Assembly: GCA_047150005.1 (NCBI GenBank)
Contig: AP038806.1
Span: 4,007,158-4,071,157 of the forward strand
Length of the DNA: 64,000 bases
From: Nitrospira sp.
Lineage (GTDB): Bacteria; Nitrospirota; Nitrospiria; Nitrospirales; Nitrospiraceae
Direction of reading: 5' to 3'
Part shown: piece by piece, positions 40,526 through 50,666 of the stretch
Layout: the number at the start of each line of letters is the position of its first letter
Position numbering within the stretch: position 1 is the first letter of the stretch
Notes under the pieces: generated by a model
What the model was told of the DNA's origin: nothing
Databases searched by the model: none
Seen by the model: the letters and a program-made list of their open reading frames with translations, nothing else
Program-made: the position numbers and the translations under genes

Positions 40526-41470
40526 TTACGGTACCTCTTCCGCCGCCCGTTTCAACCGTTCTCTGGCCCGCTCGGCATCCTGATCGATTTGTTCTACCAG
40601 CGCTTCCGCCGTGGCAAAACTCCGGTCCCCCCTCAGACGCTCCACAAACTCCACCGTGAGCGGACGCCCATACAGGTTCCGGTTCTGATCCAGCAGGTTG
40701 ACCTCGAGCAGCCGGTCGCCTCCGCCGAAGGTCGGCCTGGTCCCGATGTACGCGACCGCGTCATAGGTTGCTCCGTCCTGCGTCGCACGAGCCGCGTAAA
40801 TGCCGTCCGGAGGAACTACCCGTTGCGGGGGAAGCCGGAGGTTGGCCGTGGGCCAGCCGAGCGACTGTCCGCGCTGCGCGCCCGGAATCACGTCGCCTGT
40901 CACTGCATACCATCGGCCCAGCAACCTGGCGGCATCTCCCATCTGACCGGCTTGGATCAACTGTTTGATCCTCGTGGAACTGACGACCCCGCCGTCCAGC
41001 GTGACGGGGGGGAACGGGTGAACGTTGAATCCCAGCTTCGCCCCGTAGCGCTCGAGATCCGCGATCAGACCCACTCGCCCCTTCCCGAACGCGAAATGCC
41101 GGCCGACGAAGATTTCCGCGATCTTCAGCCGCCGGCAGAGAATCGATTCGGCGAACGCTTCTGGACTCATGGACGCAAGCGACGGAGTGAACTCGATGAA
41201 CACCACTTCATCGACGCCGGCGGCTTCCAGGCGGGCTAATTTTTCCTCGGGACTCGTCAGAAACCGCAGGTCGACGTGGGGAGCCAACACCTTCACGGGA
41301 TGCGGCTCGAACGTCAGGACGACCGACGTACCGCCGGCCCGTCGCGCCGCGTCCGCCACAGTCTGGAGCAGCGCGCGATGCCCGAGATGGTGGCCGTCGA
41401 AATTGCCGATCGTGGCAACGGGATACGATCTGGGTTGCACATCGGCTAATCCCCGCGTCACCGTCAGCAT
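40526..41470 (-). CDS. ribF: Bifunctional riboflavin kinase/FAD synthetase
   Basis: GNFDGHHLGH, SSTRIK, GWPTAN, GTRPTF. Confidence 0.95.
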   Translation of the reverse strand: MLTVTRGLADVQPRSYPVATIGNFDGHHLGHRALLQTVADAARRAGGTSVVLTFEPHPVKVLAPHVDLRFLTSPEEKLARLEAAGVDEVVFIEFTPSLASMSPEAFAESILCRRLKIAEIFVGRHFAFGKGRVGLIADLERYGAKLGFNVHPFPPVTLDGGVVSSTRIKQLIQAGQMGDAARLLGRWYAVTGDVIPGAQRGQSLGWPTANLRLPPQRVVPPDGIYAARATQDGATYDAVAYIGTRPTFGGGDRLLEVNLLDQNRNLYGRPLTVEFVERLRGDRSFATAEALVEQIDQDAERARERLKRAAEEVP

Positions 41471-41475
41471 GGTCG

Positions 41476-42447
41476 TCAGTGAAGCGACCGGACGGCGTCT
41501 TTTGCGAAATACGTGAGGATCAGATCGGCCCCCGCCCGCTTGATCGCCATCAATGATTCCATCATGGACCGGCGCTCATCAAGCCAGCCGGCCTTCGCCG
41601 CCGCTTTGATCATGCTGTATTCGCCGCTGACCTGGTAGGCCGCAAGCGGGAGATCGGTGAAGGTCCGTGCGGCGGCGATGATATCGAGATAGGGCAGCGC
41701 CGGCTTGACCATGACGATGTCCGCACCCTCCTCGATGTCGAGCGCGATTTCCCGCAGGGCTTCACGGCGATTGGCCGGATCCATCTGGTAGGACTGGCGG
41801 TCGCCGAACTGGGGAGACGAGGCCGCTGCATCCCGAAACGGTGCATAGAAGCACGAGGCGAACTTGGCCGCATAGGCCATGATCGGCGTATCGGGAAAGC
41901 CCGCTGCGTCCAGTTCCGCCCTGATCGCGGCCACGCGCCCGTCCATCATATCCGACGGTGCCACCATATCGGCCCCGGCCTGCGCATGGGTCCGCGCCAT
42001 GGCCCGCAGACATTCCAAGGTTTCGTCGTTGACGATCCGCCCGTCTCTGACGATGCCGCAATGACCATGACTTGTATACTCGTCGATGCACACGTCGGTC
42101 ACCACGATCAGCTCCGGCACCGTGTCCTTGATCGCTCTGATCGCCCGTTGCACGATGCCGTCGGGATCGAATCCGGAACTCCCCCGCTCATCCTTACGAT
42201 CGGGAACGCCGAACAGGATGACGGCCGGAATTCCCAATCCGAAGATCTCGCCCGCTTCTTTGATGAGCAGATCGACGGAGCAGCGGAACTGTCCCGGCAT
42301 CGAGGCGATCTCCTCGCGCCGACCCTGTCCCTCGACGACGAACAGGGGATAGATGAAGTCGGAGGGAGCCAGCGACGTCTCGCGCACCATCCGCCGAAAT
42401 CCGTCATGCTGCCTGAGCCTGCGCAATCGCTGGATGGGAAACGCCAT
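41476..42447 (-). CDS. hemB: Porphobilinogen synthase
   Basis: [36 protein letters not shown]. Confidence 0.97.
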   Translation of the reverse strand: MAFPIQRLRRLRQHDGFRRMVRETSLAPSDFIYPLFVVEGQGRREEIASMPGQFRCSVDLLIKEAGEIFGLGIPAVILFGVPDRKDERGSSGFDPDGIVQRAIRAIKDTVPELIVVTDVCIDEYTSHGHCGIVRDGRIVNDETLECLRAMARTHAQAGADMVAPSDMMDGRVAAIRAELDAAGFPDTPIMAYAAKFASCFYAPFRDAAASSPQFGDRQSYQMDPANRREALREIALDIEEGADIVMVKPALPYLDIIAAARTFTDLPLAAYQVSGEYSMIKAAAKAGWLDERRSMMESLMAIKRAGADLILTYFAKDAVRSLH

Positions 42448-42451
42448 CGCG

Positions 42452-42844
42452 CTATTTCCTCGGCAGGTTGGTGAGGAACACGACGAGATCGCGCACGGAG
42501 ATCATGCCGACCAGTTTTCCCTCTTTCGTCACGCCCAGGTGCCGAAGATGGCTCTGCGCCATGAGGTCGTTGGCATCCAGCAAGGTCTTGCTCTCTTCGA
42601 TCGTCATGATGGGCGCCGACATGATCTGCTCGACCGTCGTCTTGTGAGTATCCGCCCCGGCCGCCACCACCCGCCGCACCATGTCGGTATCCGTGAGAAT
42701 CCCGACGATCTCTTTGCCGTTCGTGACAAAGAGGCTGCCGATGCCGCGATCTCTCATGATGCGCGCGGCGGTCTGCGCGTCCGTATCGCGCTCCACGGTC
42801 ACGAACTTGTCTTTCGGCACCATGAACGATTTCACAGGAACCAT
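42452..42844 (-). CDS. Tandem CBS-domain protein
   Basis: VGILTDTD...MSAP..TI, RHLGV...LVGMISVRD form a CBS pair. Confidence 0.85.
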   Translation of the reverse strand: MVPVKSFMVPKDKFVTVERDTDAQTAARIMRDRGIGSLFVTNGKEIVGILTDTDMVRRVVAAGADTHKTTVEQIMSAPIMTIEESKTLLDANDLMAQSHLRHLGVTKEGKLVGMISVRDLVVFLTNLPRK

Positions 42845-42883
42845 GGCAATAAGTCCTCCTATAAGAATTAGCCCGCCTATTAA

Positions 42884-44455
42884 TTACCCACGCGATGACG
42901 ACGCGGAGGCGACCTGCTCCGATCCCGCGAAATGCCGCACGATCGCCTCCGTCAGTGCGGGCACTGTGTTCTCCTCCGGAACGACGGCGACCTGAAGCCC
43001 GTATTCTGCGGCGGTATCGGCCGTGATCGGCCCGATGCATCCTATCGGAACACGCTCCATCAGGCGCTTGGCCGTATCCACTCCCCCCATGAGATCCACG
43101 AAATTCCGGACGGTGGACGAGCTCGTGAACGTGACCAAGTGAATTCTGCCGGTCTCAATCTCCTCCTTGAACCAATCCAGCGCCGCAGCCGGCGCAACCG
43201 TTCGATACACGGGAATGACGTCCACCTGCGCCCCCATCGCCGTCAGCCGATCCGGAAGAATTTCCCGTGCGGTTTCCGCCCGGGGAATCAGCACCCGCGT
43301 CCCTCGCACCGGCTCGTTGCCGAGCGCCTCCAGAAGCCCTTCCGCTTGATACTGCGGCGGAATCAGGTCCGGCACGACTCCGTGGGCTTCCAGCTCGCGC
43401 GCGGTCCTGGGACCGATCGCACAGACACGAACATGGGACAGAGCGCGCACATCCTTGCCCGCTGCACGCAGGCGACTCATGAACGGGCCCACTCCGTTGA
43501 CGCTGGTCAGAATCAGCCAGCGATAATCCCCCAAGCGGTCTATCGCTTGATCCAACGCGTCCCAGCTCGGCGGCGGCGCGATTTGGATGGTCGGCACCAC
43601 GACCGGTTCCGCCCCATACGCCGACAGCAATTGCGTAAATTCGCGCGCCTGGCTCTCGGGACGAGTGACGGCGATCCGTTTGCCGAACAGCGGCCGTCGC
43701 TCGAACCAGTTCAGCCGGTTCCGCAACCGTACGACTTCGCCCACGACGATCACGGTCGGCGGTTCGAATTTCGCCGCCGCCGCCTTCGTCACGATGTCCC
43801 GAAGCGTGCCGCTGATCGTGCGCTGATCCGCTCTCGACCCCCACCGGATGGCGGCGACGGGCGTGTCCGCCGCGCGCCCCTGTTCAATCAACCGTGCGAC
43901 GATCGCGGGAAGCGTTTTCATGCCCATCAGAAACACGAGTGTGCCGGGAAGCATCGCCAGCTTCGTCCAGTCCAGATCCGTCCCCGGCTTCGAAGGATCC
44001 TCGTGGCCGGTGACAACCGTCACCATCGAGGCCAGGGTGCGGTGCGTCACCGGGATGCCGGCATAGGCCGGCACGGCTACGGCTGCGCTGACCCCCGGCA
44101 CCACCTCGAAATCAATCCCAGCGGCCGCCACGGCTTCCGCCTCTTCCCCTCCCCGGCCGAACACGAACGGATCTCCTCCCTTCAGACGGACGATCACCTG
44201 GCCCGCTTTCGCCCGCTCGATGAGCACACGATTGATGTCCTCCTGATTCTGATAGTGACCGCGACCCCGTCGGCCGACATAAACGCGTTCGGCCTGTTCG
44301 GGCGCATACTGGAGCAAGGCGGGATTCGCGAGGTAATCGTACAGGACCACGTCGGCCTGCTCAAGGCACTCCTTCCCCTTGAGCGTCAAGAGACCGGGAT
44401 CTCCCGGACCGGCGCCGACCAAGTAGACCTTTCCTGGGGACATATCCTTCATCAT
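42884..44455 (-). CDS. hemD: Fused uroporphyrinogen-III C-methyltransferase/synthase (CobA-HemD)
   Basis: VGAGPGDPGL, RLKGGDPFVFGRGGEE, then TSVNGV, FTSSSTV, IGPITA. Confidence 0.93.
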   Translation of the reverse strand: MMKDMSPGKVYLVGAGPGDPGLLTLKGKECLEQADVVLYDYLANPALLQYAPEQAERVYVGRRGRGHYQNQEDINRVLIERAKAGQVIVRLKGGDPFVFGRGGEEAEAVAAAGIDFEVVPGVSAAVAVPAYAGIPVTHRTLASMVTVVTGHEDPSKPGTDLDWTKLAMLPGTLVFLMGMKTLPAIVARLIEQGRAADTPVAAIRWGSRADQRTISGTLRDIVTKAAAAKFEPPTVIVVGEVVRLRNRLNWFERRPLFGKRIAVTRPESQAREFTQLLSAYGAEPVVVPTIQIAPPPSWDALDQAIDRLGDYRWLILTSVNGVGPFMSRLRAAGKDVRALSHVRVCAIGPRTARELEAHGVVPDLIPPQYQAEGLLEALGNEPVRGTRVLIPRAETAREILPDRLTAMGAQVDVIPVYRTVAPAAALDWFKEEIETGRIHLVTFTSSSTVRNFVDLMGGVDTAKRLMERVPIGCIGPITADTAAEYGLQVAVVPEENTVPALTEAIVRHFAGSEQVASASSSRG

Positions 44456-45399
44456 GCCTGACCGTAGATCGACTGTAGGATCTTGTCGCCCCCGCGAGCC
44501 AACACACGTTCCCCCACACGGACCCCGAGAGACTCCGCCTCCTCAGCAGTCCCCTCGGCTCTTTCACGGACGATGTCTTTTCCGTCCAAGCCGGCCACGA
44601 GCGCGTCAATCGACAGCCGAACACCGCTGATGCTCGCATGAGCGGCAATCGGAACCTGGCAGCCCCCCTGCAAGCGGCGAAGCAGCGCGCGTTCAGCCAT
44701 GACGGTCGTCCTCGTCTCGTGATGTTCCAGTCCGCTCAACAACGACCGGACAACGTCATCGTCCTCACGGCCTTCGATGCCGAGCGCGCCTTGCCCGATC
44801 GCAGGGAGACAGATGTCGAAATTCAAGAGCTCCGTAATCTCCTGCGCCCATCCCAAACGCCGGAGCCCGGCCGCCGCCAACACGATCGCATCATACTGGC
44901 CTTCGCGCAACTTGCGGAGCCGCGTATCGAGATTGCCGCGGAGCATTTCAATCTTGAAGTCCGGCCTGGCCCGCAGCAATTGGGCCTGGCGGCGGAGACT
45001 GCTCGTTCCGATCCGCGCCCCTTGAGGCAGGTCCTTGAATGACCGAGCATCCCGGCTGATCAGGGCGTCCCGCGGATCCTCCCGTCGAGGAACGCACAGC
45101 AGCGCCAGGCCCGGCTGCAATTCGGCCGGAACATCCTTCATGCTGTGCACGGCCAGATCGATGTCACCGCGCAGCAGCGCCTCTTCGATCTCCTTCACGA
45201 AGAGTCCCTTGCCGCCGATCTTGGCCAGAGGCACGTCAAGGATCTTGTCGCCGGAAGTCTGGATGCGGCGCAACGTGACGTCGATATCCGGAGCAAGTTC
45301 TTTCAGCCGCGCCTGGACCCATTCGCTCTGGCAGACGGCCAGCTTGCTCCCCCTGGTACCGAGCACGAGTCTCGACCGGGTATGCGTCACGGGCGCCAT
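44452..45399 (-). CDS. hemC: Hydroxymethylbilane synthase
   Basis: GTRGSKLA, GGKGLFVKE, AVHSMKD, GTSSLRR, RGNLDTR, GGCQVP. Confidence 0.97.
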   Translation of the reverse strand: MAPVTHTRSRLVLGTRGSKLAVCQSEWVQARLKELAPDIDVTLRRIQTSGDKILDVPLAKIGGKGLFVKEIEEALLRGDIDLAVHSMKDVPAELQPGLALLCVPRREDPRDALISRDARSFKDLPQGARIGTSSLRRQAQLLRARPDFKIEMLRGNLDTRLRKLREGQYDAIVLAAAGLRRLGWAQEITELLNFDICLPAIGQGALGIEGREDDDVVRSLLSGLEHHETRTTVMAERALLRRLQGGCQVPIAAHASISGVRLSIDALVAGLDGKDIVRERAEGTAEEAESLGVRVGERVLARGGDKILQSIYGQA

Positions 45400-45507
45400 A
45401 GGATCCGCTCGCGGCTGCCTGTCGTCACTCGAAACACCGTCCTTCCCGTTGACGTTCCGGCGGTGGCTCAGGTCGGAGTCCCGCCTCCTCTAATAATGAT
45501 GAACCGA

Positions 45508-46869
45508 TCACGGCGTATTTCCACCTGTCCGCTGCGTCGATTCCGTCTCCTCACCGGCATCCTTGAGCAGCGTGGACCCTGCGCCGTTGACCCCTTGTTC
45601 GGCCTCGGTCAAGTTAAAGAACCGTCTAGCCGCTTCCACAAACGCGGCTCCGTCGGCCGAGGCGACCTCCGTCTTCAACGTGACCATGGTATGGTGAATG
45701 AGCTTGTTGACGATCGACGAGGCCATCCCTTCGACCAACTCGCGCTCCTGCGTCGACAGATGCGCGAGCCGTCCGATGGCCTTCTCGACCTCCGATCGCC
45801 TGATATCCTCTGCACGCATCCTCAACGCCACGATGGTCGGCGTCACCTCGAGCGAGCGGAGCCACTGCCGGATCACCTCGACCTCGTCGACGACCATGCG
45901 TTCGGCCTTCTCGGCTTCCTGGACCCGCTCTCCCTTGTTGCGCTCCACGCGTAACTTCAGATCGTCGATGTCGAAGAGAAACGCGTTGTCCACGTGACGC
46001 ACAGCAGGATCGATATTGCGCGGGACCGAAATGTCGATAAGAAACATCGGGCGGTTCATGCGCTGCTTGACCGCCCGCTGCACGTCCTCGGCGCCGATCA
46101 GGTAGTGCGAGGCGCCGGTCGACACCAGCACGATGTCCGCCGAAGCCATGTCCTCCCGAAATTGTTCGAACAGCACAGCGGTGCCGCCGAAACGATCGGC
46201 CAGTTCGATCCCGTGCTGCGGATTCCGCGTGGTCACGCACACGTTGCGGACCCCGCTGGCGATGAAATGGCGGGCCGCCAACTTCGCCATTTCTCCGGCG
46301 CCGACCAGCAACACCGTCTTGTCGCTCAAATCGGAGAAGATTTTCTTCGCCAATTCGACCGCCGCATAGCTCACCGACACCGCCATTTCGGAGATCTTCG
46401 TTTCCGTCCGCACACGTTTCGCGACGGAGATAGCCTTCTTCATCACCTTGTTCAGAATTAACCCCGTGGCTTTGTGAGCAAGAGCGGAATCGAACGCATC
46501 CTTGATCTGCCCGAGGATCTGAGATTCCCCCACGATCATGGAATCCAGGCTGGACGCCACCCGGAACAGATGGGAGATCGCCCGGTCCCCCGTTTGCCAA
46601 TAGAGATGCGGCGTCAGCTGTTCCGACGACAGGGACATGTGCGCGTCGGCGAGGAACTCCTGAATACGCCCATAGCCCACCTCCAGCTCATCGACGACGG
46701 CATACACTTCGACACGGTTGCAAGTGCACAGCAGCATGCCTTCGCGCACACCGGAATAGGAACACAATCTGCCCAGCGCTTCGCCGAGCCGGCTTTCCGG
46801 AATTGCGAGTTTTTCCCGGATCTCCACCGGCGCGGTCTTGTGGCTCAATCCCACGACGACGATATGCAT
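45508..46869 (-). CDS. hemA: Glutamyl-tRNA reductase
   Basis: HKTAPVEIRE, TCNRVE, LDSMIVGESQILGQ, GAGEM, DISVPRNI. Confidence 0.97.
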   Translation of the reverse strand: MHIVVVGLSHKTAPVEIREKLAIPESRLGEALGRLCSYSGVREGMLLCTCNRVEVYAVVDELEVGYGRIQEFLADAHMSLSSEQLTPHLYWQTGDRAISHLFRVASSLDSMIVGESQILGQIKDAFDSALAHKATGLILNKVMKKAISVAKRVRTETKISEMAVSVSYAAVELAKKIFSDLSDKTVLLVGAGEMAKLAARHFIASGVRNVCVTTRNPQHGIELADRFGGTAVLFEQFREDMASADIVLVSTGASHYLIGAEDVQRAVKQRMNRPMFLIDISVPRNIDPAVRHVDNAFLFDIDDLKLRVERNKGERVQEAEKAERMVVDEVEVIRQWLRSLEVTPTIVALRMRAEDIRRSEVEKAIGRLAHLSTQERELVEGMASSIVNKLIHHTMVTLKTEVASADGAAFVEAARRFFNLTEAEQGVNGAGSTLLKDAGEETESTQRTGGNTP

Positions 46870-46871
46870 GG

Positions 46872-47675
46872 TTAGGACACGGCTCCGGAGCTCTTAATCG
46901 CCACGCCGACCAGCGTCAGGATCACGCAGGCGAATCCGATAATCGTCAAATACGCCGCCCGCTTGGCTCGCCACCCGACGGTCAACCGGCCCACGAGCAC
47001 CACGAAATAGAACAACCAGGTGACGATGGCCCACGTCTGCTCTGGGTTCCAGTTGACATAGGCCCCGCGGGCAAACTCGGCCGAGATGGCGCCGGTCACA
47101 ATCCCGAGCGTCAACAGCGGGAATCCGAACACGATCGACTGTTGATTGAGTTCGTCGAGAAAATCCAAGGCCGGCAGCTTGCTATAGAGCACGTTGAAAC
47201 GTTTGGACTTGAGAAGTCCGTCTTGGATCAGATACATGACACCCGCGACAAAGGCCACGGCGAAGCCGACCGTCCCAAGCATGCTGAGAGTCACGTGCAC
47301 CCACAAGGTCCGGAACACCGGCTGGAGCGTGGGAGCGGTTTCGGGTAAGGCGGCGGCGGAAACCAGGGACACCAGCGCCAGGGGAAGGATGAAGGATCCA
47401 AGGACATGCAGACGGTGCCGGAACTCGACGACGAGAAAGACAAGGATCAGCATCCAGGAAAAAAACGACAGCGCCTCCTGAAAGCTCGGCGGCGAGGCGG
47501 TCGTCGTCCCCACCATCCTGGCAACCAGCGCCAATGTGTGCGTGGCAAACCCCGTGGCCGTGATGCTCAGCGCCACTGTGGACAATGCCTCGGCCCGCCG
47601 CAACAATAGGGCAAGAAACGCCATCGTCGCCGTAAAGTACAGCGCCATGGTCACCATGAAAAACACCGCGGCCAT
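46872..47675 (-). CDS. Cytochrome c assembly (CcsA/HemX-like) membrane protein
   Basis: Multi-TM; WVHVTLS, GFPLLTLGIVTGA, WNPEQTWAIVTW, GWRAKRAA; start MAAVFF at 47675 (ORF track extension overlaps the divergent gene). Confidence 0.85.
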   Translation of the reverse strand: MAAVFFMVTMALYFTATMAFLALLLRRAEALSTVALSITATGFATHTLALVARMVGTTTASPPSFQEALSFFSWMLILVFLVVEFRHRLHVLGSFILPLALVSLVSAAALPETAPTLQPVFRTLWVHVTLSMLGTVGFAVAFVAGVMYLIQDGLLKSKRFNVLYSKLPALDFLDELNQQSIVFGFPLLTLGIVTGAISAEFARGAYVNWNPEQTWAIVTWLFYFVVLVGRLTVGWRAKRAAYLTIIGFACVILTLVGVAIKSSGAVS

Positions 47676-47738
47676 AGCAGAGCTATCCTCGCAACTTGTA
47701 AGGGCAAAACTCCAACTTTTAAACGGAGAATTATATCG

Positions 47739-48539
47739 ATGAGCGGAGAAGGGAGTCAACCAAGGAGCACCAGGACCAAGCTCGCGCAGACGCCGCCGCG
47801 ACCGGGAACCCTGTACGTCGTCGGCACTCCCATCGGCGATCCCGACGACATCACCATTCGCGCCCTGCGCATTCTCAGGACCGTTCCGATCATTGCGGCC
47901 GAGGACCCTCGATCCACGCAGGCGCTCCTGGCGTACCATGGAATCACAGGTGGAATCTCCGGCACCGTCACGAGCTACGGGCCGGGGAATCTCGAAGAGA
48001 AAATCTCGTTGCTCCTCGATCGGCTCTGGAGCGGAGAGGACGTCGCGTTGGTTTCCGATTCCGGGATGCCGGTGATCCAGGATCCCGGCTCGCGCCTGAT
48101 TGCGGCCGCCCGGCAAGCGGAGATTCCCGTGACATCCGTCCCGGGGCCGTCAGCGCTCACGGCGGCAGCCGCTCTGTCGGGGTTTTCCGCGGACTGTCTC
48201 GTCTTCGAAGGACACCCGCCACGATCCCGGCAGCGGCTCAGATCGTTTCTCCGTCAGCGGTGCGGAGACCGGAGCACCGCGATCTTCTTCGTCGAGGAAC
48301 GCGCCGTCACGGCCATACTCGAAACTCTCGCCGCCGTCTTGCCGACTAGGATGATCGTCCTGGCTCAAAACCTGACTATGGAAGATGAACGGATCCAGCG
48401 AGGGACGGCGCCGTCGCTGCTTAAACTCAGGGTCCGATTGCGCAAAGAAGGAGGAGGGACGAAAACGACCGTCGTCGTGGCGGGTGCCATGACCGCGAAG
48501 CAGTCGTCAGACCGGCGAAAAGTCGGCAGTCCCGCCTAG
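47739..48539 (+). CDS. rsmI: RsmI-like SAM-dependent methyltransferase (divergent)
   Basis: LYVVGTPIGD..DITIRAL, ALVSDSGMPVIQDPG, VPGPSA; C-terminal motifs atypical. Confidence 0.7.
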   Translation: MSGEGSQPRSTRTKLAQTPPRPGTLYVVGTPIGDPDDITIRALRILRTVPIIAAEDPRSTQALLAYHGITGGISGTVTSYGPGNLEEKISLLLDRLWSGEDVALVSDSGMPVIQDPGSRLIAAARQAEIPVTSVPGPSALTAAAALSGFSADCLVFEGHPPRSRQRLRSFLRQRCGDRSTAIFFVEERAVTAILETLAAVLPTRMIVLAQNLTMEDERIQRGTAPSLLKLRVRLRKEGGGTKTTVVVAGAMTAKQSSDRRKVGSPA

Positions 48540-48778
48540 TCGTCGCCACCTTTGCGAATCACGACCCGATGCACTCGCTCGATCTGTTCCTGGGATACGA
48601 TCGTGTGGCCCTCATTGCGGAGACTCTGAGGGACATTTCGGATCGGCTCGCCGTCATCAAGCAATACGGCCAGCACCTGCCCCTCCCCCATCATGTCCAG
48701 CTTCAGCTTGGTCTTGACGAAGTTATAGGGGCAGATGACCCCTCTGAGATCCAGTTCCGCATCGGGCTGCACCGTCAT
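48536..48778 (-). CDS. tusA: TusA/SirA-family sulfur carrier
   Basis: LDLRGVICPYNFVKTKL..., LLDDGEP..NVP. Confidence 0.85.
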   Translation of the reverse strand: MTVQPDAELDLRGVICPYNFVKTKLKLDMMGEGQVLAVLLDDGEPIRNVPQSLRNEGHTIVSQEQIERVHRVVIRKGGDD

Positions 48779-48921
48779 GTCGGCCTCACTCGGTTACTCG
48801 CGTCTTGATTCATGCCGCGCCACATGAGGTCGCGCCGGTCCGCATAACGAACGGCCACATCGCGGTGATCCTATCAAGCAGCCGAACCGGGGGCAAGGCT
48901 CCCACCCAAAACCGCTTCCAG

Positions 48922-48954
48922 AAAATAAAAAGGGGCAGCTTGCGCTGCCCCTTT
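48922..48954 (-). terminator. Intrinsic terminator of the 48982-49743 gene
   Basis: AAAGGGGCAGC/GCTGCCCCTTT stem with a T-tract on the minus strand. Confidence 0.8.
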
Positions 48955-48981
48955 CGACCTGCACACCAGGCTCGAATCGGC

Positions 48982-49743
48982 TTACTGAAGACCCTTGATC
49001 AGGTTCGGCTTGGCGACATCTGATCCGTAATCGGACTTATTCGGCATCTTGGTTTCGGGAGCCACGGTGTTGTAACCCCAACCCGGCTGCGGCTCGCAGT
49101 TCCAGCAGGGGGCTGCACCGGTGAACTCGCTGACGCCGGTGGTCACAACGCCGGTCGCCGTGCCGGGCAGCACGCCACCGACCGGCCCTCCGGACACGCT
49201 CCCGCTGTTCGTATTGATCCCGCGCTCCGTCATCGGATTCGGCCGCTGCCCGAGTCCACCGAAGCCGGCCAGCTTCTCGTTGCCGCGAAGCACAGTGATC
49301 TCACGCACGAGCTTGCGACCAGTGCCGAAAGGCTGGTTCGCACTGGTCTCTTCAACGGCCATGATCATGACGTCGTCCCCGGTCTCGATGGTTCGCATCT
49401 GATCCATATTCGTCCGATCATCGAGATAGACTGTCCGATACACCATGGATCCTGTGCCGGCTCGTCCCTCGTCATGAGAACTCCCACCACTCTCCAAATG
49501 CAATTTCTTCCCAGGAATATCAATGCCCAGGATTCTGCCATAGACGGTTTCAGGCTGCGACAGGCGATCAAGAAACTGCTGCCGGTCGAATGTGGTGACG
49601 CGAGTGCTGGACCCCGACACGTCCCCGACTCCTTCGCCGACGCCCAGACCAGACTGGTTGGACTGCAAGCGTTCCTGAGCCATGGATACACTCACGGAGC
49701 CGACAAGAAGAACTGCCGCTCCTAGTGCCAACACGTTACGCAT
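48982..49743 (-). CDS. Hypothetical secreted Gly-rich protein
   Basis: Signal peptide MRNVLALGAAVLLVGSVSVSMA; AAGGAGG Shine-Dalgarno; has its own promoter and terminator. Confidence 0.8.
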   Translation of the reverse strand: MRNVLALGAAVLLVGSVSVSMAQERLQSNQSGLGVGEGVGDVSGSSTRVTTFDRQQFLDRLSQPETVYGRILGIDIPGKKLHLESGGSSHDEGRAGTGSMVYRTVYLDDRTNMDQMRTIETGDDVMIMAVEETSANQPFGTGRKLVREITVLRGNEKLAGFGGLGQRPNPMTERGINTNSGSVSGGPVGGVLPGTATGVVTTGVSEFTGAAPCWNCEPQPGWGYNTVAPETKMPNKSDYGSDVAKPNLIKGLQ

Positions 49744-49857
49744 GTGCTGCCTCCTTGGTGAGTTAGAGATAAGTAATGAAGTAATGATGGACGCAAGGGC
49801 GAAAACTCTCGAAACATGAAGACGTTGAAATACGTATGATCATCTCTCAGCGGGCGG

Positions 49858-49886
49858 ACTATAGGCCACATCGGTACACAAGTCAA
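49858..49886 (-). promoter_or_regulatory. Near-consensus sigma70 promoter
   Basis: TTGACT-N17-TATAGT upstream of the secreted-protein gene. Confidence 0.65.
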
Positions 49887-49948
49887 GGGGGATCTCGTTC
49901 CCTGGAACACGAGCTGTAGGGTACGCGGTTTCAGCGCTCCGGCTTATC

Positions 49949-50035
49949 TGGTGCCCGGAGGGAGGGTCGAACTCCCACTCTCTTGCGAGAACCGGATTTT
50001 GAGTCCGGCGCGTCTGCCAGTTCCGCCATCCGGGC
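49949..50035 (-). tRNA. tRNA-Leu (anticodon CAA)
   Basis: GCCCGGATGGCGGAACTGGCAGACG.CCGGACTCAAAATCCGG, long variable arm, GGAGTTCGACCCTCC, ending GGGCACCA; 87 nt. Confidence 0.97.
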
Positions 50036-50218
50036 ATTGTCTGCACATAGTCTGCGCATACAGAAGAAGGGCGCCTCTTCTAACACGACGCCATCCAAGG
50101 GTCAATCGCCTCTCACGTTTGCCGCGTCCCTCTTTTCATCCGATCAAGCCGGGTGTTAAAATCTCCCGAGGGATCGGTTTATCTTTCGGTTTATCTTGTT
50201 GAGGAGGACATCGCGATC

Positions 50219-50500
50219 ATGACCGAAGTGCAATGCGTGACATGCGGACAAACTGCAGAAGCAATCACCGAGCCCCTGTTCATGGGCAAGCTTGAAACTG
50301 AAATCAAGGCCAAGGTGTGCAAACCCTGCTGGAAAAAGTGGGAGTCCATGCGTGTGATGGTCATCAACGAATACCAGGTCAATCTTGGGGACGAGAGCGG
50401 CCGCGAGTTGGTCAAGAAGCAGATGAAGGCCTTTCTCAAGATCGGCGCCGAGCAGGCGGACACGAGCAAGTTGGACCAAAACTATCGACCGCAATCGTGA
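50219..50500 (+). CDS. yggX: YggX-like Fe(II)-trafficking/oxidative-damage protection protein
   Basis: VQCVTCG...VCKPCWKKW...VINEYQVNL...KQMKAFL; GAGGAGG Shine-Dalgarno. Confidence 0.8.
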   Translation: MTEVQCVTCGQTAEAITEPLFMGKLETEIKAKVCKPCWKKWESMRVMVINEYQVNLGDESGRELVKKQMKAFLKIGAEQADTSKLDQNYRPQS

Positions 50501-50666
50501 GACGATGCACACTCGACGCTTCTCCAAGATTGTTCTGCGACACTCGCCAGATTCTTCCGTGATCCGGCCGACTTCGTTGACAGGCCAAAAACGGAAATGA
50601 TAGAGTCCCCTGCTTCTTGTCCGTTTCCCGGTCGGCCGCAGCCGTCGGGAGCGGCGGAGGTTCATT

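Noticed and set aside
42932..44461. 509-aa plus-strand ORF
   Set aside because: Antisense shadow of cobA-hemD
23346..50606. Apparent preference for 18-bp promoter spacers (btuF, rpmB, tRNA-Gly, ftsH, DUF151)
   Set aside because: About as many 17-bp candidates were seen (ndk, tRNA-Leu, rpsB, 49743 gene); hand-picked, unverified sample
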